A stretch of 64,000 nt of DNA from Catajapyx aquilonaris (Eukaryota), in assembly GCA_000934665.2 (NCBI GenBank), contig KZ538089.1, positions 62,001-126,000 of the forward strand. Direction: 5' to 3'. Under the pieces are notes generated by a model. The model ran no database searches and was not told the origin of the DNA. It was given only the letters and a program-made list of their open reading frames with translations. The position numbers and the translations under genes were made by a program. Shown in pieces: positions 51,775 to 62,389 of this stretch; positions within the stretch are counted from its first letter, which is position 1, and each line of letters starts with the position of its first letter.

Positions 51775-51870
51775 CTCAGCCACCGACAGCTACTACCCGT
51801 CGATAAATCGGAGCGGAGTCCTCTGTTGTCCATCTCTGAAGTGACCAACACGCTGCTCAACCACGAGTGA
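51775..51870 (+). CDS. ss: Probable alternative terminal coding exon of ss/AhR (LSHRQLLPVDKSERSPLLSISEVTNTLLNHE*)
   Basis: cttcttgcttacag| acceptor, phase 0, compatible with the GAG|gtatgg donor at 49632/49633. It is a GC-richer, coding-like island in AT-rich sequence. PLLSISEVTNTLLN resembles a C-terminus I recall from arthropod AhR proteins (not verified). Confidence 0.7.
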   Translation, partial: LSHRQLLPVDKSERSPLLSISEVTNTLLNHE

Positions 51871-52700
51871 TCAAGCGGAGGAAATTATTCACAAATCGGA
51901 TGGTCCGCAACAAGACAGGTACTAAAACTCTAATACATTGATGTAATTTCTTTCATGGTGAAGCATATATGATGCCCAGCAGGTTGTTGAACTATAGTAA
52001 CAACAGCGCACAAGTTTGTGAAGGCAAAATTAATGTCGTTTCTTTTCTCATTTTCCAGGTGTCGAGTCCAGCACTTGTGTGATTGCGGTCCAACCTGAAA
52101 CCCACAGTTACATTCCATACTTGAAAATCAAAAGCATTTTCCCCCCTCCTGTTGTATAATGTTGAACCTTTCGTGAACAATAGGCCTAAGCCTTGTGTTG
52201 TCATAATGATAGTAATGATAATTAATAAGATAATCACTTTTTATTTCAATTTTTTTCGTTGTACAAGTTTGTAAATCAGTTTGTCCATAATTATACATAA
52301 ATATTATAATATACGTGTTTTTCTCTGTGATAAGTGTACTCGTGAGAATCGCTGTAAGATATAGTGCGCTTATTTTGATTGAGTTTTTTGTGTACAGTAA
52401 TTCGTGAGGCCACGTTTGTTTTTCTTGGCTAGAGAAAACCAACCTAGAGACAGTATTCTACTCTGCTAGATAGCTTTAAAATGACCATATAGAGTTGGAA
52501 GCGCGGGGTGCCCTTTTTCTTGACCTTTTCTCGACTTCCCAGCCATTAAATGGCATCATGTGAATTCCCCCCCACCCCTTTCTCTTTCCATCGTCCAAAC
52601 TGTAAGCTACTGTACCTGGCATAACGAGAAAGAGCGTGTCTCTATGTTAACAATATTGTCGGACACAAAACAAAATTATGTTCGGAGTCTTGCTTTAAAA

Positions 52701-52712
52701 AATAAAAATAAA
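52701..52712 (+). terminator. Candidate polyadenylation signals for the distal ss/AhR 3'UTR
   Basis: Tandem AATAAA AATAAA about 830 nt after the distal exon stop, in AT-rich sequence; no transcript evidence. Confidence 0.3.
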
Positions 52713-55610
52713 CACTATAGGACCGTTTGCTAGTTTAGGACCTTACAGGGAGTGACATATTCTCGTGGTTGTATTGTTGTCATAGTACCTTTTTTTTTAT
52801 TTGTAGACTGGTGACAGAGAATCTCACGAACTTCAAAGATACAGAGGCTATAGGGGGTCATTCAAGTGACTTGATAACATTGATGTCTGGACAAAATCTT
52901 CCGAAAACAAATTATAATTTTTGTTTGTTTTTGAGTGGCCTCCATATGTGATTGTTATTTTATTTGAATTCATGGAAGCTTTTGACTTCCATTTTCTGCA
53001 TGCGTGAATTTTTTTTTCTGTTGGTCAGTTGAGGTAATACAACATCGTGTTTCTGTGCTTCCCGTTGTGTTTCTTTTCCTCTGTTTCCGGTTTCTGTCCA
53101 CATCTTATTCCAATGTAGCGCGCTTCCTGCAGCGATTTCCAGAATGTCCAGGAAATTGGAAGCGCTGATTCAAATAATAATAATAATAATAATAATTTCA
53201 TCGTAGACAAAAACAAACAAGAAAAAAATAATTCTGGAAACGTACAAAAGTCTCCCAAACTGTTGTACTTTGGACATGTTACTCTGTGCGTGTATATATG
53301 TGAGTGTGTATGTTGCTGGAGGGAATACAACGTGTGACTGTATTTTTGTTCAATGTGACAATATCTCTTCCCTCTACACGATGCGTCCATTTCATTGACT
53401 TTGTGAAAAAAAATGCACATCAAATCAAAACAGTGAAACGCATGAGGTAAGATAAATCAAAATACTTGTAACTAAAGTCATATTTCTCCCCCCCCCCCCN
53501 CCCCCCCCCCATTGTATGTCAAACACTGTTTTTTTTTCTTCCCAAGTCTACATGCCTGTAAATAATTGCCAGTACCATTCAGTTTTGTACAGCAGACACT
53601 CATTACGTTCTGTCTTCTTGTATATTATGTGATCATCACAAAATGATCTTTGGTGAATTTTTGCACATTTTTTGCATGAAACCAACCTCGTCATGATGTC
53701 CTTTTTGACAGTAAAGGAAGCTGCAATATTGGATGGAGTAACAAAAAATGACATTCAAACTGCATGCCACCTAAATACAATGCAAAAGAAGAAGAAAATT
53801 TAGAAAAGTTTTTAACGGAGTCAGTTACTATTCAGAGTTCACTTAGTGAAGTAATTTATTTTACATCATATACGTAGGTTGAACTGGCCTCGTTGGAAAT
53901 GTATTGCAGTTTGATATGTCATTGAAGCACTGCTTCCAACTTATTTCTTACCAAGAAACCCAGTCAAAAATAGTGGCCGTTGTGCTGCCACCTCCGCAAT
54001 TGGCTCAATGTCGTAGTTTTCATTTCCATAAAGGCCAATTTCTCACAGGCCAAACCAGTCAGGGAATGGCCACACAAGCATCTCGTGGTCACTGTAGAAC
54101 CTTCCCTTATAGTGATGGGCTGCTGAATAAATTGGCATTTGCTGGAAACGAACGTAGAGCAAGTCAATTCCGAAGGTGTCAGCACCACATTTTTTTTGGC
54201 ATGCTACTTGCAATACCTAAGGACAACATACCGAAGAGGCTTCCTTTCGGAAACTTTTTTTGCTTGGCCAGATTTTAATGGCTACATTACTGTGTCGATT
54301 CCAAGACTTTTGAAGGTAATCTACACTTACTTTAGGGCAATGCACCTGAAGTCACATAGTGGTGGAAAAGTTTTGGTTTCCCCCCCCTCCCCATTTACCC
54401 AGTGAATTTGAAAAAAAGGGCATTGCGTGCTGTAAAAGGATGGTGGATAATACTTCTTTCTGTCAACTCACATGGTCAGTTTCTTGTGTAAAACGTAATG
54501 GTAACGGTATATATTTAAAAAAAGTAAAGACGTCGGAGGACGGTTTAAAATCAAAGATATATGCTGTTTTCTTCTCATTGCCTAAAAACAATTTGCCACC
54601 TGCTGTGAATCTTTAGAAGATTAGCAGGCTTATTTGTATTGTCTATCAGGGTAAATAAAGTGCAATTCCTTGATTTACAAACTTGATCGGCATTAAATTG
54701 ACAGCAGGATGGAAGGGAGCAGGATGAAGGTAAGTTTGTCATCATAACATTTTCTCAGCCTGGTGCATGACCCGAGGAGTGACATTTCTGCCACAGTATT
54801 TTTGAAGACAGCATTAGTCAGCACTCCGATGAAGGTTCTTATCTATGGTATATATGCCAAATGATGATTACAGGTGTGGGTGCAGTATTTCTCTGCAGTG
54901 ACCGCACCATCTTCAACGGATAAATGGAAAGGAGTGACTTGAAATGGTTCAGGTAGAGAAAGAGAATATATTGAGACCTCTGCTAACGATTTCTTGAGGT
55001 CTTCAAGAAGCAACACTGGCGGGTGTGTATTCATATCAATTTAATTGTCAACATACAGATACTCTTGTTGAGGCTATTTCGCCACGGATGCCATCCTGCA
55101 GTTGGACTCCCATTTTTCTCCACTTTTTTCCTATGCATTCGAGCTTTTGCATTTGACACTTGCCTCCCCCACATGCGTGCGGGGCATTTTTCTCTCGGTG
55201 ATCACCGCCTAGTAATATTCAGTTGAAATAGTGGGGCCGGTAGGATAAAAAGTGTTGGGCGGGGTAGATGGCATATATACGCTCCAATGTACTGCACAGT
55301 ACGGTGCAGCAGAAGGAAATAGCCTATACAAGCTGGACAAAGAACCGTCACCCAGGGACGACACAACGACGGAGTGATTCGGGGAATCTCGGAGGTCTGC
55401 GTGGCCCTGGTGAGTGAGTATGTATATAGGTACCCTACATTCCTACAACAAGTGTGTTGGTGATGTGGCTAGTGTTCCATAGCCACTAGCACCTCCACTG
55501 TCTGATGCAGGGGTCAGGAACTATACCCTTTTGACAAGCTTTTGGCCCATAGATATTAAAGGAGGGCTCTGTTTTGACCGCGATGCAGTCCATGTTGTGT
55601 CGGTGTATAG

Positions 55611-55659
55611 TAGTATAACTGACGCAACAAACAGTGGACAGTTGCGTCAGTTACGACTA
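55611..55659. repeat. Inverted repeat (13-bp perfect stem, 12-nt loop)
   Basis: TAACTGACGCAAC (55616-55628) pairs with GTTGCGTCAGTTA (55641-55653), extended by TAGT/ACTA. Confidence 0.85.
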
Positions 55660-56150
55660 ATCATATCTTGACTTTTCCCATGGAATAGTGCTATCTGGTA
55701 GCATGTGACATATTGACATAATGATCTACTTTCAATAAGCCATCTATCACCCAACAATACGCGACTTCATTTTTTGGTCCATGTCTCTGTTCCCCTGGAA
55801 TTACCCTTATAGATTGATTCTTATCATATGCGAACGAGTGATTTAGTTATATTCTGCTGTGCTACTCAACACAATAGGTTGGGATAGAACATGGAGTTGT
55901 TACCTGTCAACTTACAGTTAGTGTAGGAAAATATATTATTTGCAGGGTTGCCTATATAGAATGGGAAGGTGGAGGGTGGTGCAGTTTATTGATGTCGCTC
56001 TCCCCATTGTCATGCAATCCTCTTAGAACTTGCTGCCTTATCCATGTGCCTCTCCTTTTCCGGCGAAAGCAGCAGGCATCCTCCTATTTGCCCATGTTCC
56101 GAACTATATTGCGTTTTTCCGAATTGATGATTGTACGCCTATAAGCTTGG

Positions 56151-56203
56151 GTGAAAGTTTAGTAACAATTGCTATAATATAGCAATTGTTACTAAACTTT
56201 CAC
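56151..56203. repeat. Perfect 25-bp inverted repeat with a 3-nt loop
   Basis: GTGAAAGTTTAGTAACAATTGCTAT-ata-ATAGCAATTGTTACTAAACTTTCAC. Confidence 0.95.
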
Positions 56204-57211
56204 AGAATATTAGCTGCTTCTATGCAACGGACTAACGAGGATTTAAAAGCGATTCCATCCTCCGTCCATCCTGTACCCCTATTAAATCCACACATAATTT
56301 TTGAAGAAAGGAGACACAGTGAAATATCATGAATCATAATTAATATTGGCTCCATAGCCTCTATTTCGCAGGACCACTTTTTTCTGTCTTTGGGGGATAC
56401 TTGCCACCAGATTTTGCAATGTGAGGGTTCCCAGATGCGGGACAGCCCCCAAAAGGGTGTCCTTGTTAGCAAACTTGCTTGACACCAATGAGTTGCCCCC
56501 GGTCTGGAGACAACCTCATTGTAATAAGTTACTGCTATCCTCTTCTATGGACTCCTGGGTCATTAGAATGTCTACCAGACATAGTGGTAGCCAGAACTTG
56601 CATTCATGTGGCTAGTAATTTAATGCCCTCGGAACATAACAAACATGTGATTAGCACAATCTCACAAAATGGATTGCAAGTCCTTACTACCTATTTCTAT
56701 TTCCTGCCTTGTTGACCCTGTGGCCAGGGAAGCACTAAGGTAATACCTTAAAAAGTGCTTTTATATGATGATGATAATTTCTCCAGACCATGCAAGAAAT
56801 CATTTTTGTTGAAAAAAGGACACAGATCATTGGAAAAATAACAAACAGCTTCAAATCAACAGGAGGTAAATTGTCCAGCCGAAGTCAGACTGACCCTAGA
56901 TCAATGATTAATAATTGCAACAGGAAAGGGGGTTCACCCAGCATCAATCGCTACCTGTAAACAGTGGCAACAATAGAAAGAACACTAAGCACTCTCCATA
57001 CGCCGATGTCCGAACATGCCCAGTTGCCAGGTATAATGCCAAAGCCGTTGTTTACATTTAGGATAATATGCTATATGCCCAGTACTGTAACATTTGAACT
57101 GCCATTTTCCAATAGGACCTGCCGTATAATGAACATAGCATCCGTCTTTAAAAATTATTCAAATAAAATATAACATTGTTGAATAGCTACTATTGGCAAC
57201 AATAATTAATG

Positions 57212-57253
57212 GTCAACAACTCTAAAAAGTCAACAACTCTAAAAAGTCAACAA
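57212..57253. repeat. 17-bp tandem repeat, 2.5 copies, downstream of the WDR6 stop
   Basis: GTCAACAACTCTAAAAA x2 followed by GTCAACAA. Confidence 0.9.
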
Positions 57254-57417
57254 GGGCACCGAAGTGGCTCTCTTGTAACATAATAACTACCATTTCCTTA
57301 CACACGATAGTTTTACGACCATTGGAAAAATACAATGCAAGACTTCTTCTGACAGGTTACTTTTTGCAACAAGACACTGTAACAGGAATTTTTATCCGCC
57401 TGGGTGGACTAGATCCC

Positions 57418-57484
57418 TCACTGTGACAGCTCAATCTCCACCACTTCGAGTCCTTGACCATAAACACAAGCGCTGAACACACCA
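57418..57484 (-). CDS. WDR6: WDR6 terminal coding exon (not in the ORF track)
   Basis: gttttctttgcag| SGVFSACVYGQGLEVVEIELSQ*; phase 2 matches exon 7. Confidence 0.85.
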
Positions 57485-60400
57485 CTGCAAAGAAAACAAC
57501 AGACTCTTAAAAATTAATTGTCATTGATTCTAAGCTTGTATCATCAGGCCTCTTTGAATGCTTCCCCACTCATTTTCGTATATATCATGTCAATCAGAAC
57601 ACCAAAACGCAAGTGAACAATGCACTTTTCATACAAACATGGGTCACATGTTAATTTTCCATCCAGATCAAATTCCATAATCATATTTAACCAATTTTCA
57701 TTTCACATTATTTTACAGTTTAAAATATAAAATAGCAAATCTATTCACCTTGTTTCTTCCCAGACCTCCATTCCCTGAATGTCAGGTATGCTGGTGCATA
57801 ATTCAGACTCAAATCTTGCAGATAAAAGCCCATCGTCCAAGCTCCACTTCCATTTCACCAGACGTTGGTCACCAGAAGCAGACAGCATAATGTTGCCAGG
57901 AAGCAGCTTTACACCTGCAATTAAACATTTGGCAGGGTTTTAATATCCAATTAATTCATGGCCCACAATCAGCTGTGACTGCATTTCGTGAACTAATGCC
58001 CCAGATATTTCCAAAGCAGGTCCACGACAAACCTAACCAACCTAAATTTTGTGTAAAATGCAGCTGCCCCTGAGAGCCATGTGTGATAATTTTTACCTGC
58101 CCGTAAGACAGCAAAGTTACTTTGGCAATGGACATTCACCTGACACTTGAGCTGAATGTGCCCCTGCCTCTTCCCACCAACATTTCACATGCGCTGCCAC
58201 CTGATCGCCTTCAGTGCGGAGGTCTACTAGAGTCAGCCTCACAGCACCATCGTCTCCACCAGTCGCTACGAGGTGGCACTGACCTCCCATCACACACAGT
58301 TCAATCATGTCCACTGCATTGATGCCTGATTGATGCAGCTGACACACTGGAACCACCGTTGCGTCCCACACGCTCATTACCCCCTTGGTGTCAAAACTAA
58401 GTATCACAAATTTGCCATCACAGCATACAACTCTTACTTTCAGGATGCAAGAATTCAAACACATAATTTCACTCTCGACATTTAACTGATTTGGTTTGTA
58501 TGATAGAATTCTTATATGGCCATCGGAGCAGCCAACACATATGTGCTCCACATCTATTGCATGAACGTCCATAACACGGGTGTCGGTTGAAACATTTTCA
58601 CCCAGAGTCAGAGATGCCAGCTCTTCACATTCACTCTCACTAATACTCCAGGCCTTCAATTCTGCCCTTCCTCCTCCAGTCAAAATGAGTGGGGGTTCAA
58701 GCCTGGCAAGCGCAACCACACGTACACTTGACAAGTGACTTCGGACAAACCGAATTGGGACCCTGGAATGAGATGCAAGCCTGTGAATGCCAACTGATGT
58801 GTCATCACTTCCAGTCACCAAGATGGAACCATTTTCAATTGGGAAGCGGAGCAAAGAGTTCAAAGTGGCCGAGTGAAGACGAGGCTGCAATGATAAGAGA
58901 GTATTTTTGTCAATGGAAAATTGTAACGAAACTATTTATTGAATTCATTGCACAGTCGGTGTCCCTTCAAACAGTACCTAACGCAATGTACAGTAAGTTG
59001 CAACTTCAGCATACAATTCGTGTAAAGGGACATTTTCCATCCTCATGAGCTTGATCAGGCATAACCTGCTACAGCATCTGACTTGAACTAACCCTGAGCT
59101 CTCTGCAGGTGTCTTCCAATCTGCACCTCCACTGATACACTTGCTTGTGCCGCACAAAGAGCAAGGTGCTGGCTCCTCCAGATTGGTGAGTGAACCATGC
59201 CCAGGATCGGTGTCCACCACCGCACTCCACTGATGCCAATTCCATTTGCTGGGAGTGCGACCAAACTACGAAATTAGTGCGGAGGAAGCCAAGCACAGTC
59301 TCTGGCTGCCTGTTGCCATCCAGAGTCACCCGAGTCAACCAATCCATGGGCACTATGTCCGTTGAGGTGAGTCGCATTGCAGCCTGACCATTTGTAAAGT
59401 TCAGTACAAACGTCCGAAGTCTCCCATCACGCCCTGCTGTCACCACAACACTAGTGTCAGAATGAACCACTGACACTTCAATTCTTGTCACACCATTGAA
59501 GCCATGAATTCGAGGAAATCTTATTACTGGTTCCTGCAAGTACAAGTATATTGCAATCAGTCACACCAGTAAAAAATTTAGTTTTCTGGTATCAGAGAAG
59601 GACCACAAACCACTTTATGCAATGATATAAAATTACTTATGTTACATATTAGTTTAACTTATCAAATTATTATTTCTAAAAGTTGTTGATGCATTATGAT
59701 TTCAGATATTTTCAAACCACTGCACTGACAAAAATGCAAATTGTCAATTGTAATACCCTTTGAAGGCTTACTTTAGCTTCATGGTTGAGGCAGTAAACAG
59801 AGATGCCTCCATTCCTGTCTCCGCAGATCAAAACATGCTCCAAAACTATTTTGGCTGCTGTCACTGACTGGCTCCGCTTTGACGGTAGTGCCAACTTGCG
59901 CCCTTCTTCCATCCCACCAACACCAACTTTACACAGGGAGATGGTTTGTCCACTTGAGGCCAGCAGGACTTCCCCACTCAACCATACGACTGACTCAATT
60001 TTGTCAGGCGAGATATCTTGAGAGTGAGCCAGACTCAGGTCAACTGAACCATCACTGGTACAACCTGAAATTTTAATCATTTTATTTAAAACGCTGTGGT
60101 ACCATTTAATAGGCGCTGTCACATCGATAAACCAGACTATTAGCATCTATAATCACTGCCTTTATCTTCCCCATCAGAAAGGCACGGTGGGTGCAAACAA
60201 GCAGAAACGAAGTGATTGTTCAAGCTAAATACAGTGCAATCTTGGGGCGTTATTATTGTACTCTCTGTCCATTTCTATTAGTTTGCACCTGGGGTTCTCA
60301 AAAGGGTTAATTAATGTTACGAAATCCTTTTGTCCGACCAACTCACCCACATCCAAAATGACCACGATCCCAGCAAGTGACCCAACGGCTAACTTTTTGT

Positions 60401-61662
60401 CACTGTAATCCACAACAGCATAATGCTTGAATCCCTCGTCTCTGTAGGACTCCTTCCAAGAGTGTGTATGTATGTTGTAAGTGTAAATCACTCCTGAATC
60501 ACCTACAGCCACGTAATTGCTTTCATCTACAATCTTGACTGTCCTTGGAAAGTCCGGCGCAGGAAAATTCAGTGATGCAGGCAATTCGCCAATATCTGTA
60601 CTCCATGCAATTATTCTCGAGTCATCACCCCCTGTAATGAGGGATGTGCCACAGTGTGTAACACTACGTGCTTCATGTGATTGCACCCGTTTTGTCAAAA
60701 TACCAGAGGGATCCCAGTAACACACAGACCCATCTTCTCCTGTGCTAACCACAGTGCCATTAACCGTAAGAGCACGCCAGACACGAGACCTATGTGCGTA
60801 ACAAGTGGCACGGAGCACAACTTGCGAACGCACCCAATCACTGCGGTTCAGGCACATGGGTTGAACCTCCCAGAGTCGTAACGCACGGTCATCTGAAGTG
60901 GTGCAGATGAGGCCAAGCTGACTGCAGTAATAAACAGAAAAGATGGCGCCACGATGGCCACCCAGACGGTGAATCACAACTGCCTCAGGGAACGGAGACC
61001 ATATTGTAACCTCACCGAAAGCAGTTCCCGCAATGACGATAGTGTCGGAGGAACTTGCGACTAACTGTGCGCTATATCTGATCAACTGAGTTAAGTGCAA
61101 ATGAACATCATGCATGTCTGATCACCAGTTTGCATCTCATTGAAGCCAGCAACATTCCCCTCAAAGTAAGGATACAGAATGGAGGTGTCTCCACAGCCGA
61201 CTCTCAAGACCCGCTCCCACGGCTCCAGCTTCCATCTCTCGACCATGTTGTGCGCATCAACTACTAGGACGGTCCGTCCACGTTCCAACCTCAGGTCCCA
61301 AATCCAATCCGTAACTTGCATCCGCCTGGAACACGCATCCGCCGCAAACGACCCAGCGTCTCCTCCTGCAACCCTGAACATCTGGACGCTCTTTCCTCCA
61401 AAAGCAACAGCTTCCACAGCCCCATTGTCAGCCACCCTGGTGTCAAACCCATGGACGGTGCAACCATGAAGCAGCTCAAGCGACGCCAGCGGTGAGTCGC
61501 CTTCTGGTCCAAACACATGCACGAAGCGACCCTCACCTGGAAATTGTGACAATAGTGATTGTTGCTTGTTGCACGAAGGCAACAATGTGGCATACCTGCC
61601 AGGATGTATCTTCCAGCCGCTTTCAGTGCGGTCACTTGTGTGTTGACCAGTGTGGTCCTCAT
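57418..61662 (-). CDS. WDR6: WD repeat-containing protein 6 (Trm734 homolog, partner of the FTSJ1/Trm7 tRNA 2'-O-methyltransferase). complement(join(57418..57484,57749..57914,58140..58884,59093..59533,59772..60064,60347..61077,61176..61536,61596..61662)), 956 aa
   Basis: Eight exons with consistent phases total 2871 nt from ATG to TGA. Motifs: N-terminal VTAL..YILAGEG, ILYSA..IAGTAFGEVTIW, GH.GAIFSV, TTSDDRALRLW, AHRSRVWR, STGEDG, ICGDRNG, RIHG.NGVT, TAGRDG, VECGGGHRSW, TGSDDT, HLSSVR, GGGRAEL, HQSGIN, TGGDDG, AHSAQVSG, SASGDQR and C-terminal GQGLEV. This order is characteristic of WDR6. Confidence 0.93.
57749..57914 (-). CDS. WDR6: WDR6 coding exon 7 (not in the ORF track)
   Basis: ttgcag| GVKLLPGNIMLSASGDQRLVKWKW..IPDIQGMEVWEET-AG|gtgaat. 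Confidence 0.88.
58140..58884 (-). CDS. WDR6: WDR6 coding exon 6
   Basis: ttgcag| PRLHS..TGSDDT..HQSGIN..TGGDDG..AHSAQVS-G|gtgaat. Confidence 0.92.
59093..59533 (-). CDS. WDR6: WDR6 coding exon 5
   Basis: ttgcag| EPVIRFPRIHGFNGVT..TAGRDG..VECGGGHRSW..ELR|gttagt. Confidence 0.92.
59772..60064 (-). CDS. WDR6: WDR6 coding exon 4
   Basis: tttcag| GCTSDG..LICGDRNGGISVY..EAK|gtaagc. Confidence 0.88.
60347..61077 (-). CDS. WDR6: WDR6 coding exon 3
   Basis: YSAQLV..IAGTAFGEVTIW..TTSDDRALRLW..ILDV-G|gtgagt. Confidence 0.92.
61078..61175 (-). other. U12-type (minor spliceosome) GT-AG intron of WDR6, 98 nt, phase 2
   Basis: 5' site GTATCCTTAC; branch sequence CACTTAAC at 61097-61090 (branch A about 14 nt from the AG); no polypyrimidine tract; removal restores the frame (DTSIL-YSAQLV). 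Confidence 0.88.
61176..61536 (-). CDS. WDR6: WDR6 coding exon 2
   Basis: ttccag| GEGRFVHVF..DWIWD..CGDTSI-L, ending at the U12-type donor GTATCCTT. Confidence 0.88.
61596..61662 (-). CDS. WDR6: WDR6 coding exon 1
   Basis: MRTTLVNTQVTALKAAGRYILA-G|gtatgc, followed by a 59-nt intron. Confidence 0.82.
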
Positions 61663-62029
61663 CTCTCGGCACCCGCCCTGGAAAAGCCCTCCTGATTATT
61701 CAGCTACAAGTTTGTTGCCCACGCCGACCAAGCGTGTGTTTCATGCAGCTGCAGGAGGCCGCCATCTTTGATCTTGGATACACCTATCGGCGGATGTGAG
61801 AAAACACAAGGAGAGCTGCCTTTTAGTTCATCTTTGGTGGTAAAAAGCACATGGCGGCATACAGACAGGTGACTTTTATTTTCCAATTTTTCCAGTCGGT
61901 TCCAAGCTTCTCTCTTTTCACCCTGGAAGAGGAGCCCCGCCTGAGTCTGTCCATTAGTGTATACCACTATTAATGCTAATTGCCTGTCCTCTTTCAGATA
62001 TGGATGGGCTACATTCAGTGATTTACAAC
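61663..62029. promoter_or_regulatory. Bidirectional promoter and 5'UTRs shared by WDR6 and PTCD1
   Basis: The start codons diverge only 367 bp apart. Outward-facing YY1-type motifs: AAGATGGCGGC (- strand, 61768-61758) and ACATGGCGGC (+ strand, 61849-61858). Probable PTCD1 5'UTR intron at 61869-61997. Confidence 0.7.
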
Positions 62030-62389
62030 ATGGGGAACAGAGTTGCAGGAGTTGCTGTGCGGCAAGCTTTGCATGTCAGGCGACTCCACACAAATGTTAT
62101 GCGTTGTCGGAAGCCATTGGTGGTGGCGGACATGCAAAGAAGCGTCACTGGTGGTTCAATGGCAGCTGCGGAGAGCATCGTTCCTTCTCGGCGAGTGTCC
62201 AGAGAAGAGCCTGCCGTTGACGAAGGGGATGTGTTTGGCACTTTGGCTGATCGACCCAATGCAGATGAGTCGTATGAGGAGGAGGAACCGGACGTACGAG
62301 AGAAGCATGCAGAGACGAGGATGGCTGAGGTCAAGCCACGCTTCCCGGAGTATGTGGCAGAAATAAAGATGTATCTCCAACAGAAAAAA
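62030..62389 (+). CDS. PTCD1: PTCD1 first coding exon
   Basis: MGNRVAGVAVRQALHVRRLHT..DVFGTL..YLQQKK|gtaatt. Confidence 0.8.

Noticed and set aside
2294..54430. Scattered XRE-like TTGCGTG sites suggesting AhR autoregulation
   Set aside because: Only a handful over 52 kb and unclustered, about what chance would give.
53900..57180. Possible degraded transposon or extra gene between ss/AhR and WDR6 (ORFs 53904..54278, 54843..55034, 56200..56472)
   Set aside because: No recognisable transposase, RT or other motif and no coherent exon chain. A BLASTx/Dfam search would be needed.
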